64,000 nucleotides of DNA from Verrucomicrobiota bacterium (GCA_047947115.1 CP170459.1:192001-256000); one strand, 5' to 3'; shown: positions 30,126 through 41,283, counted from the stretch's first letter. Numbers and translations are program-made. Notes: generated by a model from the sequence alone, not told the origin.

Positions 30126-32051
30126 GTGAACCGATTGCTGCACATTTTGATCGGGTTGATCTTGGGCACGCTCGGGATTCAGGGCGATCCCGTGCCCCGG
30201 GAAATACGTTCATTCATCAACGAGTATTGCCTCAAATGTCACGGCGGGGACAAGGTGAAGGGGGAGGTGGACTTTTCACTCTTTAAGACCAACGAGGACT
30301 TGGACACACACTACCGGATTTGGGAAACAGCTGCTGAATTGCTCAGGGAAAAAGACATGCCCCCCGAATCATCGAAGCAACCGACTTCCCAAGAAACCCA
30401 AATCGTCCTGGACTGGTATCAAGAACGCTTTGAACAAGCCGTCCAGGCTCACCCGGGCTATTTCAGACCCAGACGACTGTCAGCGGAGGAATATCGAAAT
30501 ACTTTGCGCTCGCTGTTCGGTTTTGACCTGGAAGTCCAGATCATGGAAGCGGAACAAACAGTGGCGGAGCGTTCTCTGATCTTGAAACTCATGCCCACCG
30601 ATCCTCCGGGGAAAAGTGGATTCACAAATGACACCCATAGGAACCCGATCTCAACACTGATATGGGATCGTTACGACTACCTGACCGACTTGGCGCTGGA
30701 ACGCTGGTTCAATGAAAAAGATTGGGCAGCGGATATTTCCGAAAATGAAAACAAAAACCCAAGCCTGTCCGAGGCCCGGAAAACTCTGGCCGAATTCCTC
30801 CCCCGCATCATACGTCGTCCCCTGGTTGAAAATGAACTGTTGATGCATCTGGAAAACCTCCGCGCATCCGAAAACTCTCCCGGTCAGGCATTGAAGCAAG
30901 AATTGAAAGCCGTACTCATGTCGCCTGCTTTCTTGTACCGAGGCATCCTCATGCCACGTCAACCGGGAAAACAACAACCCGTCGATGCATTTGAATACGC
31001 GGAACGCATGTCCTATTTCCTGTGGGGTGACATGCCCGATGAAACTTTGAACAACCTTGCCTTTGATGGATCACTCCTGAACGAGCCCATCCTCAGCCAA
31101 CAACTGGATCGAATGCTCCACTCTCCCAAATCACGTTACCTGGTGGAGAGCTTCGCCTGGCAATGGTTTTCCCTGGGGGATATGGATGAGGCCATTCTCC
31201 AAGTGCCGGTCAGGGAGGCATTACGAAGTCAGGTGATGGATTTCATCCATTATCTGTTTACGGAGGACCGTCCTCTGATGGAACTGATTGATTCAGACAT
31301 CTCCTTCATCAATTCACTGATTGCCAAACACTATGGCAAGGATCGCAGTCAGTTGAAACCTTACACCAAGCAAAAAGGAATCGAACTTGAGATCGTCCCC
31401 ACTCAACGCATTCGGTTGCTCCACACAGCGGAACGCGGCGGCATACTGACCATGCCCGGCATACTGGCCATGAACCGCGGTCCGGTGATCCGAGGCACCT
31501 GGATACTGGACCGTATCCTGGGCGACCACCTGCCGGACCCGCCGATGAATGTGGGACAGGTCCCCCCCCAACTACCCGGCGAAAACCTAAGCTTCCGCGA
31601 ACGCTTTGAATCACATCGAAACCAGGCTTCCTGTGCGTTATGTCATGACAAAATTGATCCGCTTGGTTTTGCGCTCGAAGGATACGACAGACAAGGAGGC
31701 TACATTCTAACCGGAACCAAAGCCCTGCCAGGCGGGGAGGTCAAACACGTCAATAAGGCAGGCGATGTGGTGGACACCTCGGGCATGATGCCCAATGGCA
31801 CGCGATTTGACAGCTTTGCATCCTTGAAGACCATACTCAAAACGGAGTATCGGACAAACGTGATACAAAACATCGTCGAACGAACCCTGTCGTTCGCTTT
31901 AGGCCGCTCACTGGAGCTGTATGATCGACCTGCAGTCGATTCGATCGTCACAAAACTGGAAGAAACAGATGGCACCTATCGTGATTTGTTGTTATGCATT
32001 CTCCAGAGTCTCCCGTTTCGTGAAACATTTGTCAGAGGCGAATCGTTATGA
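30126..32051 (+). CDS. DUF1587/1592/1588/1585 planctomycete-type cytochrome c protein
   Basis: CLKCH and CALCH heme motifs, RRLSAEEYRNT, SYFLWGDMPD, IDPLGFALE. Confidence 0.85.
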   Translation: MNRLLHILIGLILGTLGIQGDPVPREIRSFINEYCLKCHGGDKVKGEVDFSLFKTNEDLDTHYRIWETAAELLREKDMPPESSKQPTSQETQIVLDWYQERFEQAVQAHPGYFRPRRLSAEEYRNTLRSLFGFDLEVQIMEAEQTVAERSLILKLMPTDPPGKSGFTNDTHRNPISTLIWDRYDYLTDLALERWFNEKDWAADISENENKNPSLSEARKTLAEFLPRIIRRPLVENELLMHLENLRASENSPGQALKQELKAVLMSPAFLYRGILMPRQPGKQQPVDAFEYAERMSYFLWGDMPDETLNNLAFDGSLLNEPILSQQLDRMLHSPKSRYLVESFAWQWFSLGDMDEAILQVPVREALRSQVMDFIHYLFTEDRPLMELIDSDISFINSLIAKHYGKDRSQLKPYTKQKGIELEIVPTQRIRLLHTAERGGILTMPGILAMNRGPVIRGTWILDRILGDHLPDPPMNVGQVPPQLPGENLSFRERFESHRNQASCALCHDKIDPLGFALEGYDRQGGYILTGTKALPGGEVKHVNKAGDVVDTSGMMPNGTRFDSFASLKTILKTEYRTNVIQNIVERTLSFALGRSLELYDRPAVDSIVTKLEETDGTYRDLLLCILQSLPFRETFVRGESL

Positions 32052-33631
32052 AATACCGAATTCATCGACGCACATTTTTGAGAGGTGCCGCGGGCGCGTT
32101 GTTGCCGCTGCCCTGGTTGAACCTCATGGAAGCTTCGGCAAAGACCACTGCATCGGAGAGGCCGCCCCTGCGGTTCATGACTCTCTTCAAGCCAAACGGT
32201 GTGCATCCGCCTTCATGGAATATCAATGGGGGAACCGAATTTGATTTCCGCATGTCCCCCCTGATGAAACCCTTCGAAAAACATCAGGAAGACCTGCTCA
32301 TACTGGACAACATGGGAGACTTTGGCTTTTCCTCCCATGCGAGCTCCACCCGGCGTTTCCTCTCGGGCCACCACGAAAACAGCGAACAAGCATCCATCGA
32401 CCAGCTCATCGCGGATAAAATCGGAAAGAACACCCGTCATCGCTCGCTGGAACTGACAACCGAAGGCTTGTTCCCCAATCAAATCGGCTGCAGCTACATT
32501 TCCTACGATCACAAAGGCCAGCCCATCCCCCGGGAAAGCGACCCTCAACTGGTCTTTGATCGACTCTTTCGCAATCCACTGCAACACCCGCAAAAACGTC
32601 GGGACATGGCCAGCTTGCTGGACCGTGTCAAGAACGATGCCAAAAGCCTGCAGCGCGAAGCAGGCTATGAGGACCAGGCCGTCCTCGATCAATACATGAC
32701 CGTGGTTCGTGAAACAGAAAAGCGATTGGAAAACATGCAGGCTTCCGGAATTCCTGCCATCGAAATCACAGACGACCAACGCCCACCGCGCGCCTTGAAT
32801 CTGAACGAACAGGTGGAATCGATGATCGATCTGATTTCACTCGCTCTATGGACAGATTCGACACGATGTGTTTCCTACATGCTTGGAAACAGCAACAGCC
32901 GCATGATTTTCGATTTCCTCGGGGTCAAAGAACAACACCACTACCTCTCCCACTTCTTCCGCAACTTCAGCCGGTCCAACATCGATGGACTGCTGAAGAT
33001 CAGTCTTTGGCACATGGAGAAATTCGATTATCTTTTGACTCGATTAAAATCATATAAAGATCAACACGGTTCCCTGCTCGACCACACCTTGGTGCTTTTT
33101 GGTTCCGGAATGGGCCACAGCGACAACCATACCGTCAAACGCATCCCCATGGTGTTGGCTGGCGCCAGGGACCATTTGAAAACCGGCCGCTACCTGCGTT
33201 ACTCAGAAAACCAGGAACTCGGAAGGTTGCACCTGGCCATCATGCAGGCGTTCGGAGTGGAAGCCGAATCCTACGCAGGCGTCCACACTCCCCTCCCCGG
33301 TCTGGACGGATCACCGTTCGAAGCCTATCAGGAGCGCCCCTTCCAGAGCTGGGTCCGGCAGACCGGCAATCAGGTCACCGCCCAAGGACGGCTTCGCCTC
33401 TCTGAAGACCTCAACGAAGCCCGGATTTTCTACATCGACATAGAAAAACAACCGCCGGTAAAAATCGATGTCTCCTTCCGCGACTTCCATCACTTCAACC
33501 TGGCCTATCACTGCGGCACTCCAATCAAACTGACCGGTGAAACATCCGAGAAAGACGGTCAGACGGTTGTTACCAAGATCGCATCGATTACATCCTTGTT
33601 CGGCAAAACCCCCGGCACATTGAACGGGTGA
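32048..33631 (+). CDS. DUF1552 family protein with C-terminal extension
   Basis: RRTFLRG leader, SIDQLIA, VFDRLF, GSLLDHT; ATGA coupling to the upstream gene. Confidence 0.85.
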   Translation: MKYRIHRRTFLRGAAGALLPLPWLNLMEASAKTTASERPPLRFMTLFKPNGVHPPSWNINGGTEFDFRMSPLMKPFEKHQEDLLILDNMGDFGFSSHASSTRRFLSGHHENSEQASIDQLIADKIGKNTRHRSLELTTEGLFPNQIGCSYISYDHKGQPIPRESDPQLVFDRLFRNPLQHPQKRRDMASLLDRVKNDAKSLQREAGYEDQAVLDQYMTVVRETEKRLENMQASGIPAIEITDDQRPPRALNLNEQVESMIDLISLALWTDSTRCVSYMLGNSNSRMIFDFLGVKEQHHYLSHFFRNFSRSNIDGLLKISLWHMEKFDYLLTRLKSYKDQHGSLLDHTLVLFGSGMGHSDNHTVKRIPMVLAGARDHLKTGRYLRYSENQELGRLHLAIMQAFGVEAESYAGVHTPLPGLDGSPFEAYQERPFQSWVRQTGNQVTAQGRLRLSEDLNEARIFYIDIEKQPPVKIDVSFRDFHHFNLAYHCGTPIKLTGETSEKDGQTVVTKIASITSLFGKTPGTLNG

Positions 33632-33708
33632 TGAGTGCGGTGCGCAGCGCCGCTGTGGATACGGCTCGAAATCCATAGAAAAAAATTTCACATCCAACCG
33701 CTCTCCCG

Positions 33709-34186
33709 CAGGTAGAACGTGCCGTCCCTGGCGCGTCCCTTGTGGCATGCGGATTAATATCAGCTTTTTTTTCGGGAAGCCTGCGGTTCTCAACAGTCCA
33801 TGTCCCTTCCCGAACACGCACAAGAGGCTGTTGCGGATTGATTACGCCAGGGTCTTCCTTTGGTGAACCAATTTGAAAAGGAATACCACAAGGGGCGGAC
33901 CGGACGGTCCGATCTACCCGTACGGCCACCACAGGTAGAACGTGCCGTCCCTGGCGCGTCCATTATGGCATGCGGATTAATATCAGCTTTTTTTCGGGAA
34001 GCCTGCGGTTCTCAACAGTTCGTGTCCCTTCCCGAACACGCACAAGAGGGTGTTGCGGATTGATTACGCCAGGGTCTTCCTTTGGTGAACCAATTTGAAA
34101 AGGAATACCACAAGGGGCGGACCGGGACGGTCCGATCTACCCGCACGGCCACCACAGGTGGAACGTGCCGTCCCTGGCGCGTCCCT
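33709..34186. repeat. Tandem array of GTAG-type REP doublets, 223-bp unit (two units plus a left REP)
   Basis: Units start at 33709, 33932 and 34155 and are near-identical. Confidence 0.95.
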
Positions 34187-34345
34187 CGCGGCTCCGCCAA
34201 AAAAGACGCCCTCGGCTTCGTCGAAACATTTGAGAAAGGAATGTTGCCCATAGTGCCATTTGCCGGTCGCAAAGGTCTTGTATCCGGCCCGTCGAAACAC
34301 TTCCGGCATGAGGGTTCCTGACTCCAATTGCATTGGTGCCCGAAT
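34187..34345 (-). pseudogene. Internal sulfatase fragment
   Basis: LMPEVFRRAGYKTFATGKWH motif with no CxPxR or C-terminus; runs into the REP array. Confidence 0.75.
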
Positions 34346-34397
34346 CAGGGACTTCCTACTTTCCTTGTCAGCAAAGAGATCGTAGGATGCCGGCAAC

Positions 34398-35102
34398 ATG
34401 GTCCCCCGTCACAAAACCAGCTACGTATGGGCGTTTACCTTGGTCGAGTTATTGGTCGTGATCGCCATTATTGCCATCCTTGCCGGCATGTTGCTGCCGG
34501 CCTTGAGCAAGGCAAAGTCAAAAGCCAACACTGTTCGCTGTGTTTCCAATCTGAGACAGATTGGCCTCACCATGTCCATGTACACTGGAGATCATGAAGA
34601 AAAATTCCCCTTCTCAGGCAGACAATGGCCACACATGCCATTGGTGGATTTGATAACGCTCTTCAATCCCTATATCAGCATCAATGCGCGTGCATTCTAC
34701 CACTGCCCGGCCGACAAACCACCCGCATGGAACATCGCATGGGCCACTGATAACGGAGCTGGTGCCGGAATCAACACGAATCAACTTCCCTTTCCGAATT
34801 CTTATTACTACTACCATCAATTCTACAACGAAGACAAAATCCCCAACCCGAAACTCATGCAGCGACGGACACCGGAAGTGGCATTCACATCGCAGAAAGC
34901 CATCATGTCCTGTTTTGCCGAGCCACAGTTGGGGCAAATCTCTAACCCGAACCTCGGCCACGGCGACAAAGGATTTCCCCTGCTGTTTGTCGATGGACAT
35001 TCCGGATTCATTGCCTACCAAAAGTTGAACAAATCCGGCGCTTACGGCGATTACAATCTGGACTGGACCAAGGACGGGCTAAAGGGACAGGACTTGAAGT
35101 AA
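34398..35102 (+). CDS. Prepilin-type N-terminal cleavage/methylation protein with H-X9/10-DG motif
   Basis: [52 protein letters not shown]. Confidence 0.9.
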   Translation: MVPRHKTSYVWAFTLVELLVVIAIIAILAGMLLPALSKAKSKANTVRCVSNLRQIGLTMSMYTGDHEEKFPFSGRQWPHMPLVDLITLFNPYISINARAFYHCPADKPPAWNIAWATDNGAGAGINTNQLPFPNSYYYYHQFYNEDKIPNPKLMQRRTPEVAFTSQKAIMSCFAEPQLGQISNPNLGHGDKGFPLLFVDGHSGFIAYQKLNKSGAYGDYNLDWTKDGLKGQDLK

Positions 35103-35152
35103 CACGATCCACCTGCATCATACACTCTTCAAAATGCGTTGTATGGACTTCC

Positions 35153-35275
35153 GCAGGTAGAGCGGATCGTCTTGATGCGGTCGTGGGGCATCCAATGCCC
35201 CGGGGTTTTCCTTTGCCCGGCAATCTTGAACAAGCCCACCACAAGGCACGCGGCGGGACACCACGTTCTACCTGC
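35153..35275. repeat. GTAG-type REP doublet, inverted orientation
   Basis: Termini GCAGGTAGA / TCTACCTGC; CCACAAGG precedes the right REP. Confidence 0.8.
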
Positions 35276-35282
35276 AACAATG

Positions 35283-35323
35283 CACAAAAAAAACGCCCAT
35301 CCATGACGGACGGGCGTTTTGTG
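35283..35323. terminator. Intrinsic terminator (dxs; probably bidirectional)
   Basis: A8-CGCCCATCC-ATGAC-GGACGGGCG-TTTT between convergent genes. Confidence 0.75.
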
Positions 35324-35345
35324 TGATTCAATTCGTTACGGACAA

Positions 35346-37331
35346 TTACTTCGCAACGGCATTGGCGCTCGTGGCTGCCGAGGAAACCGGGCAGGCCTCA
35401 AGGGCTCGACGGACGGTCTCCTCAACGGTCAATCCGTATTTGTTCCGAAGATAGGAAACGGAGGTCGCATGCTCAATAAACTGATCCGGCCAACCGACAC
35501 GCATCACGGGAGTGGTTACACCCTTGTCTCCGAAGAGTTCCATCACGGATGAACCATATCCACCGGGGAGATTATGATCTTCCAAGGTAATGACCAAATC
35601 CGCTGCCTGTCCGTAGAAAAGGGTAGTGGCCTCATCAATGGGTTTGGTGAAACGGGGATTGATTACCGCCACATCGTAGTTCTTTTCGGCAAGGATGTCC
35701 GCCGCTTCACGTGCCATGGAGTTGAGGTTGCCCAGACCGAACAAGGCAATTTTTGGACGATCATTGTTCTCAAAATTCCGGATCACTTCTGCCTTGCCGA
35801 TTTCCAACATCTTAGGCTCTTCCTTCATCTCGACGCCTTCGGCCGCGCCGCGCGGGTAACGGATAAAGGTCGGATGTTTCGTATGCGTGCAAGTGAACAT
35901 CATGTCAGCCAACTCGTCCTCATCCTTGGGAGCCATGGCAATGATGTTCGGCACACAACGCAGATAAGCGATGTCGAACAATCCATGGTGTGTCGGACCA
36001 TCCTGCGCTGAAAGTCCTGCTCGATCCATACAAAAAATGACAGGCAAATCCTGCAAAGCAGCATCGTGAACGATGCAGTCAAATGCCCGCTGCATGAAGG
36101 AACTGTAAATGGCAACCACCGGGTGCAATCCCATCGTGGCCATGCCGCATGCAAAGATCACCCCGTGCTCTTCGGCAATACCGACGTCATAATAACGTTC
36201 AGGCATGGCCTGCTCGAGGTGTTTGAGCCCGGTCCCGGTCGGCATGGCCGCGGTGATGCCCACCAAGGTGCTGTTTTTCTTGCAAAGTTTGACGAGCGTT
36301 TTTCCAAACACGTCCTGCCAGGCGGGTGGTCCGCTCTCGCCCTTGATGGCTGCGCCTGTCTTGATGTCGTAAGGCCCCACTCCGTGCAGTTTCTCAGGGT
36401 GGTTGACCGCTGCATCATAGCCTTTGCCTTTCTGGGTCATGACGTGCAACACAATAGGTTGGTCGCAGGTCTTGGCAAACTCCAGGGCACCAATCAACAT
36501 CGGCAGATTGTGCCCGTCAATCGGACCAAGGTAGCGCAGTCCCATTTCTTCAAAAATCAGGCTGCTCCCGAAACCTCCGCGGCCGTCGGCATCCACCTTG
36601 GATGTGGACTCTTCAAGGACCAGGTTGGAGACGGCTCCCTTGAGCACTTCCTCAGCTTTGTGACCGAGCTTGAGGGCCAGTTCACCCTTGGGCATTTTCT
36701 TGAGCAATCGCTGGAAGTCTTTCTGCAGGCGATTGTAGGAAGGATGGGTAATGAGCTTATTCAGGTAACTGGCGATGGCTCCGACATTCTTTGCAATCGA
36801 CCATTCGTTGTCGTTCAGGATCCCGATAAATTTTTTGGTGGAATGCCCGATGTTGTTGAGAGCCTCAAAGGAAATCCCGTTGGTCAAGGCTGCGTCTCCA
36901 AAAATCGCCACCACGTTTTCATCGCTGCCACGTTGGTCACGTGCCACGGCAATCCCCAATGCTGCCGAGAGGGCGGTGCCGGCGTGGGCCGCTCCATAGC
37001 AGTCGTGCTCACTCTCGGTTCGCAGGGCAAACCCATTGAGACCATCCGTCGTCCGGATGGTGTCAAACCGGTCTTTGCGTCCCGTAAATAGTTTATGCAC
37101 ATAAGTTTGATGACTCACGTCCCACACAAACTTATCGTGAGGGGTGCTAAAGCAACGATGCAGGGCGATCGTCAATTCCACCACGCCGAGGTTCGGGCCT
37201 AAATGACCACCGTGTTTGGCTAAACTGTGAATCAATTCCTGACGAACGTCATCCGCCAGGCTCTGCAATTGATCCAAAGTCAGTTTCTTAACGTGCTCCG
37301 GGCTGTCTACCATGTCCAAGTAACGACTCAT
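35346..37331 (-). CDS. dxs: 1-deoxy-D-xylulose-5-phosphate synthase
   Basis: GGHLGPNLG, GPIDGH, DVGIAEEH, DRAG, DGPTHHG, IRYPRG. Confidence 0.97.
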   Translation of the reverse strand: MSRYLDMVDSPEHVKKLTLDQLQSLADDVRQELIHSLAKHGGHLGPNLGVVELTIALHRCFSTPHDKFVWDVSHQTYVHKLFTGRKDRFDTIRTTDGLNGFALRTESEHDCYGAAHAGTALSAALGIAVARDQRGSDENVVAIFGDAALTNGISFEALNNIGHSTKKFIGILNDNEWSIAKNVGAIASYLNKLITHPSYNRLQKDFQRLLKKMPKGELALKLGHKAEEVLKGAVSNLVLEESTSKVDADGRGGFGSSLIFEEMGLRYLGPIDGHNLPMLIGALEFAKTCDQPIVLHVMTQKGKGYDAAVNHPEKLHGVGPYDIKTGAAIKGESGPPAWQDVFGKTLVKLCKKNSTLVGITAAMPTGTGLKHLEQAMPERYYDVGIAEEHGVIFACGMATMGLHPVVAIYSSFMQRAFDCIVHDAALQDLPVIFCMDRAGLSAQDGPTHHGLFDIAYLRCVPNIIAMAPKDEDELADMMFTCTHTKHPTFIRYPRGAAEGVEMKEEPKMLEIGKAEVIRNFENNDRPKIALFGLGNLNSMAREAADILAEKNYDVAVINPRFTKPIDEATTLFYGQAADLVITLEDHNLPGGYGSSVMELFGDKGVTTPVMRVGWPDQFIEHATSVSYLRNKYGLTVEETVRRALEACPVSSAATSANAVAK

Positions 37332-37357
37332 ATACGACTCAATTTCAAAGTGGGTGA

Positions 37358-37636
37358 TTATTCGGAATCTTCTTCCAGTGTCAATGGTTTGAGACCGAAT
37401 TCGCCGTCTCCCTTTTTCTCCAATTGCTGAATCCGATCCTCCGCCAACTGCAGCTTTTTCTGACAAACCTGCTGAAGCTGAACGCCTTTCTCATGAAATT
37501 CGAGTAATTTTTCCAGGGGCAATGACTCGTTTTCCATGGCATCCACAATCGTTTCCAGCTGATTCAACGCGTCCTCGAATGATAGTTCATCCAGGGCTTC
37601 CGTCTCTTTTTCCTTCGTTTTGGGTGCTTTGGCCAC
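37358..37636 (-). CDS. xseB: Exodeoxyribonuclease VII small subunit
   Basis: SFEDALNQLETIV..LE..EKG; classical position upstream of dxs. Confidence 0.92.
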   Translation of the reverse strand: MAKAPKTKEKETEALDELSFEDALNQLETIVDAMENESLPLEKLLEFHEKGVQLQQVCQKKLQLAEDRIQQLEKKGDGEFGLKPLTLEEDSE

Positions 37637-37747
37637 AGGCGGACCCTATCTCAGAACACCGTTGCCGTCCACCAAGTTTCTACATAGTGAATATTCCTTT
37701 CTCATTGCCTGTCGAACGAACTTGAGGCAGTTTGAGGCAGATTCCAG

Positions 37748-40700
37748 ATGATTTTAAACATGAGGTTCCAAACAACATGTCAGTCGGTCTTCAGGGATTC
37801 ATGGTCTTTCGGGACGTGGATCCTTGGATTGCTGTCGGTGGGGCAAGTGGCCCTGTCGGCGGAAACGAAGATCGAGTTCAATCGCGACATCCGACCCATC
37901 CTTTCCGGCAATTGCTATGAATGCCACGGTCCGGACGCCGCCCAACGCAAGGGTGGCAACGATGGATTACGCCTGGACACCCAAGCCGGAGCGTTCGAGG
38001 ATCTAGGGGGTGGCGCCGCCATCTTACCGGGAGATCCGGAAGCCAGCCTCCTCATTCAACGCATCATTACGCAGGATCCGGATGACAAGATGCCCCCGCC
38101 CGAATCCGGCAAGCAAATCAGTGATGCTGAACTCGACGCCCTCAAAGAGTGGATCCAACAAGGCGCCCCCTACCAGGGCCATTGGGCCTATGAAGTTCCC
38201 AAACGGCCACAGCCTCCCGAACCAGTGAGCAACTCTTCAAAAGTGGTCAATGCCATCGATCAATTCATCCTGGCAGCGGCACAGAAAGAAGGACTGCAAC
38301 AATCACCTCAAGCCGAACGCTACGCACTGGCCCGCAGAGCGGCACTGGACCTCACCGGCCTGCCTCCTACGGTTGAGGAGGCTGATGCCTTCGCGGCAGA
38401 CACCGATGTACAGGCGTATGAAAAATACATCGACCACCTTTTGGAAAAGGACGCATTCGGGGAACACTGGGCCAGGGCTTGGCTGGACCAGGCCCGCTAT
38501 GCGGATTCGGCGGGATATGCCGACGACCCTCCCCGCACCATCTGGGGCTACCGGGATTATGTCATCCAGTCCTTCAATAAAAACAAACCCTTCGATCAAT
38601 TCACCATCGAACAACTCGCCGGGGATTTGCTGGAAAACCCGGGCGACGAGCAATTGGTCGCCACCGCGTTCCACCGCAACACCATGACCAACAGCGAAGG
38701 AGGAACAGATGATGAAGAGTTTCGCAATGTCGCCGTCGTGGATCGCGTGACGACAACCTGGGCGGTCTGGATGGGCACCACCATGACTTGTGCCCAATGC
38801 CACAACCACAAATACGACCCCATTTCCCAGGAAGATTTTTTCAAGTTCTTTGCGCTCCTCAACCAGACAGCGGATGCAGATCGACGCGATGAACGACCGC
38901 TCGTCGAACTTTTCACCGAGGAACAAAAGGCCCATCGCAAGTCTTTGGAATCCGGACGCGAACAGCTGAAAGAGATCCTGGCCACCCCAACCGCCGAACT
39001 TCTCACAGCCAAACGCGAATGGGAAACAATGCTTGGAACTCCCCCGAATTGGCACCCCTTGCCCCCTTCCAACATGTCTTCTTCGAACGGGACGCAACTT
39101 TCCCAAGGAGCCCATTCAGTGATCACAGCTAAAAACGGCAAAGGAAACGACCGTTACACAATCGAATTCACCTTCGAAAAGGACAGCACATTCACCGGAC
39201 TGAAGCTCGAAGCGCTGACGGATGCAACCTTGCCAAAGCAGGGCCCTGGCATGTCGGATGGACAATTTGTCCTGACCGATTTGAACGCAAAAATCATCCC
39301 GCCTTCCGGCACCAGCATGCAGGGACAATTCGTTCGGGTAAGTCTGAAAGGCGGCAACAAGATCCTGTCACTGGCTGAAGTCCAGGTATTCCAAGGTGAA
39401 GAGAACCTGGCTCGCAAGGGCAAAGCCACTCAAAGCACCACCGATTTCGGCGGGCCGCCCGAATTGGCCATTGACGGCAACACCAACGGTCATTTCAGTG
39501 AAGCCAAGAGCACCACGCACACTTCCATATCTTCCGATCCCTGGTGGGAACTGGATCTCGGAAAGTCTCAGTCCATCGACCGCATTGCCATCTGGAATCG
39601 AACGGATGGCAATATCCAAGACCGCCTGAACGGAGCACTCGTCGAACTGTTGGATGCGGATCGAAAAGTGGTCTGGACTAAAACGCTCAACCCTGCCCCT
39701 GAAGTCAGTGCGGCGTTTGAGCTGGATGGGTCCCAATCCATTCAATTCAGTGCCGCACACGCCGATTTCTCACAATCAGGCTTGCACGCTTCCAATCTGA
39801 TCAAAAAGGAAAAATCAAACGGATGGGGCATCGCACCTCGTGTAGGGGAATCACATCAGTTGACCCTGCTCGCAGCATCCACTGCACAGATCCCTGCCGG
39901 AAGCCGCCTGTCCGTCGAGCTGGTGCATGAATCGGAACAAGACAACGCAAAACTGGGAGCCTTTCGACTATCCATGACCAGCGATTCACAGGCGGTCGAA
40001 CTGGCGCAGACTCCTTTGACGATTACCGGTCTGATCAATACCCCGCCAGAGGACCGAACGACCTCCGACGAAAAGCGTCTGGTGGACTATTACCTGACCA
40101 TCGCCCCAAGTCTCGATGACGAACGCAATCGACTGGCTGAAATCGAAAGGGAAATAAAGGAAATAAAACCCTACACCACCGTTCCGGTCCTTCAGGCGCT
40201 TGCCCCCGACAAACAACGTGAAACAAGAATTCAACGGAGAGGCAATTTTCTGGATCTGGGGGACTTGGTGGAACCGGGGTTGCCTGAGATCTTTGAACAA
40301 AACCTGGATCAAAAACCGACGGATCGCCTGAGCATGGCCCGCTGGTTGGTGAGCCGGGAAAATCCATTGACCGCTCGAGTCCTGGTCAATCGCATGTGGG
40401 AAAGCATGTTTGGAATCGGACTGGTCCGCAGCAGCGAAGAATTCGGAGCGCAAGGCGACCTGCCCTCGCATCCGGAACTGCTTGATTGGCTGGCTGTCGA
40501 GTTCATGGACAGTGGATGGGATTTCAAACACATGCTCAAACTAATGGTGACCTCTGCAACCTACCGCCAGAGTTCAAGGGTAACACCTGAACTGTTGGAA
40601 CAGGACCCGGACAACCGTTGGCTGGCTCGCGGCCCGAGGGTCCGTCTCTCGGCTGAATCGATTCGAGACCAGGCATTGTTCGTCAGTGGATTGCTCAGCG

Positions 40701-41260
40701 ACAAAATGTATGGATCCTCCGTCAACCCGCCTCAACCCGAAATGGGCTTGAACGCTGCGTTCGGCGGGAAGATAGACTGGAAAACCAGCGAAGGAGAGGA
40801 GAGATACCGACGCGGCCTCTACACCACCTGGCGGCGTTCGAACCCCTACCCCTCCATGGCAACGTTCGATGCGCCCAACCGCGAAGTCTGCATCCTGAAA
40901 CGCGACCGCAGCAACACACCGCTGCAGGCCCTGGTCACTTTGAATGATCCCGCGTTTGTGGAAACAGCACAGGCCCTGGCACGCCGCATGACCCAAGCCG
41001 CCTCGCATCCGGAAGGACGCGTCGAATACGGTTTCAGAACATGCCTGACCCGTTTACCATCGGAAGCGGAAAAACGTGAACTGCTGAAGCTCTACACCGA
41101 AGCATATGCTGCTTATGTGGACCAGCCGCAAGAAGCACGATTGATGATCGAAAAACCGCTTGGGGAAGCACCCGAAGGAGCAGACGTTCGCGAACTGGCC
41201 GCTTGGTCGGTCGTCGCCAACGTGCTGTTGAATCTGGACGAAACCCTGATGAAACGATAA
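37748..41260 (+). CDS. PSCyt1/DUF1549/DUF1553 cytochrome c protein with discoidin-like insert
   Basis: CYECH, CAQCHNHKYDP, NPLTARV.VNR, HPELLDWLA, NTPLQAL; AIDGNT..PWWELDLG module; start uncertain. Confidence 0.9.
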   Translation: MILNMRFQTTCQSVFRDSWSFGTWILGLLSVGQVALSAETKIEFNRDIRPILSGNCYECHGPDAAQRKGGNDGLRLDTQAGAFEDLGGGAAILPGDPEASLLIQRIITQDPDDKMPPPESGKQISDAELDALKEWIQQGAPYQGHWAYEVPKRPQPPEPVSNSSKVVNAIDQFILAAAQKEGLQQSPQAERYALARRAALDLTGLPPTVEEADAFAADTDVQAYEKYIDHLLEKDAFGEHWARAWLDQARYADSAGYADDPPRTIWGYRDYVIQSFNKNKPFDQFTIEQLAGDLLENPGDEQLVATAFHRNTMTNSEGGTDDEEFRNVAVVDRVTTTWAVWMGTTMTCAQCHNHKYDPISQEDFFKFFALLNQTADADRRDERPLVELFTEEQKAHRKSLESGREQLKEILATPTAELLTAKREWETMLGTPPNWHPLPPSNMSSSNGTQLSQGAHSVITAKNGKGNDRYTIEFTFEKDSTFTGLKLEALTDATLPKQGPGMSDGQFVLTDLNAKIIPPSGTSMQGQFVRVSLKGGNKILSLAEVQVFQGEENLARKGKATQSTTDFGGPPELAIDGNTNGHFSEAKSTTHTSISSDPWWELDLGKSQSIDRIAIWNRTDGNIQDRLNGALVELLDADRKVVWTKTLNPAPEVSAAFELDGSQSIQFSAAHADFSQSGLHASNLIKKEKSNGWGIAPRVGESHQLTLLAASTAQIPAGSRLSVELVHESEQDNAKLGAFRLSMTSDSQAVELAQTPLTITGLINTPPEDRTTSDEKRLVDYYLTIAPSLDDERNRLAEIEREIKEIKPYTTVPVLQALAPDKQRETRIQRRGNFLDLGDLVEPGLPEIFEQNLDQKPTDRLSMARWLVSRENPLTARVLVNRMWESMFGIGLVRSSEEFGAQGDLPSHPELLDWLAVEFMDSGWDFKHMLKLMVTSATYRQSSRVTPELLEQDPDNRWLARGPRVRLSAESIRDQALFVSGLLSDKMYGSSVNPPQPEMGLNAAFGGKIDWKTSEGEERYRRGLYTTWRRSNPYPSMATFDAPNREVCILKRDRSNTPLQALVTLNDPAFVETAQALARRMTQAASHPEGRVEYGFRTCLTRLPSEAEKRELLKLYTEAYAAYVDQPQEARLMIEKPLGEAPEGADVRELAAWSVVANVLLNLDETLMKR

Positions 41261-41283
41261 CCGAAAAACCTGATTTCAAACTT

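Noticed and set aside
33709..34186. CRISPR array
   Set aside because: The ~190-bp intervening segments are near-identical rather than unique spacers; no cas genes; the repeats match dispersed REP copies
33311..34321. Short ORFs in the repeat array
   Set aside because: Translations of non-coding repeat DNA with no protein motifs
36066..37091. 341-aa ORF antisense to dxs (also 55167-56348 opposite bioB, 4252-6084, 15278-16204)
   Set aside because: Antisense shadows with no recognisable domains
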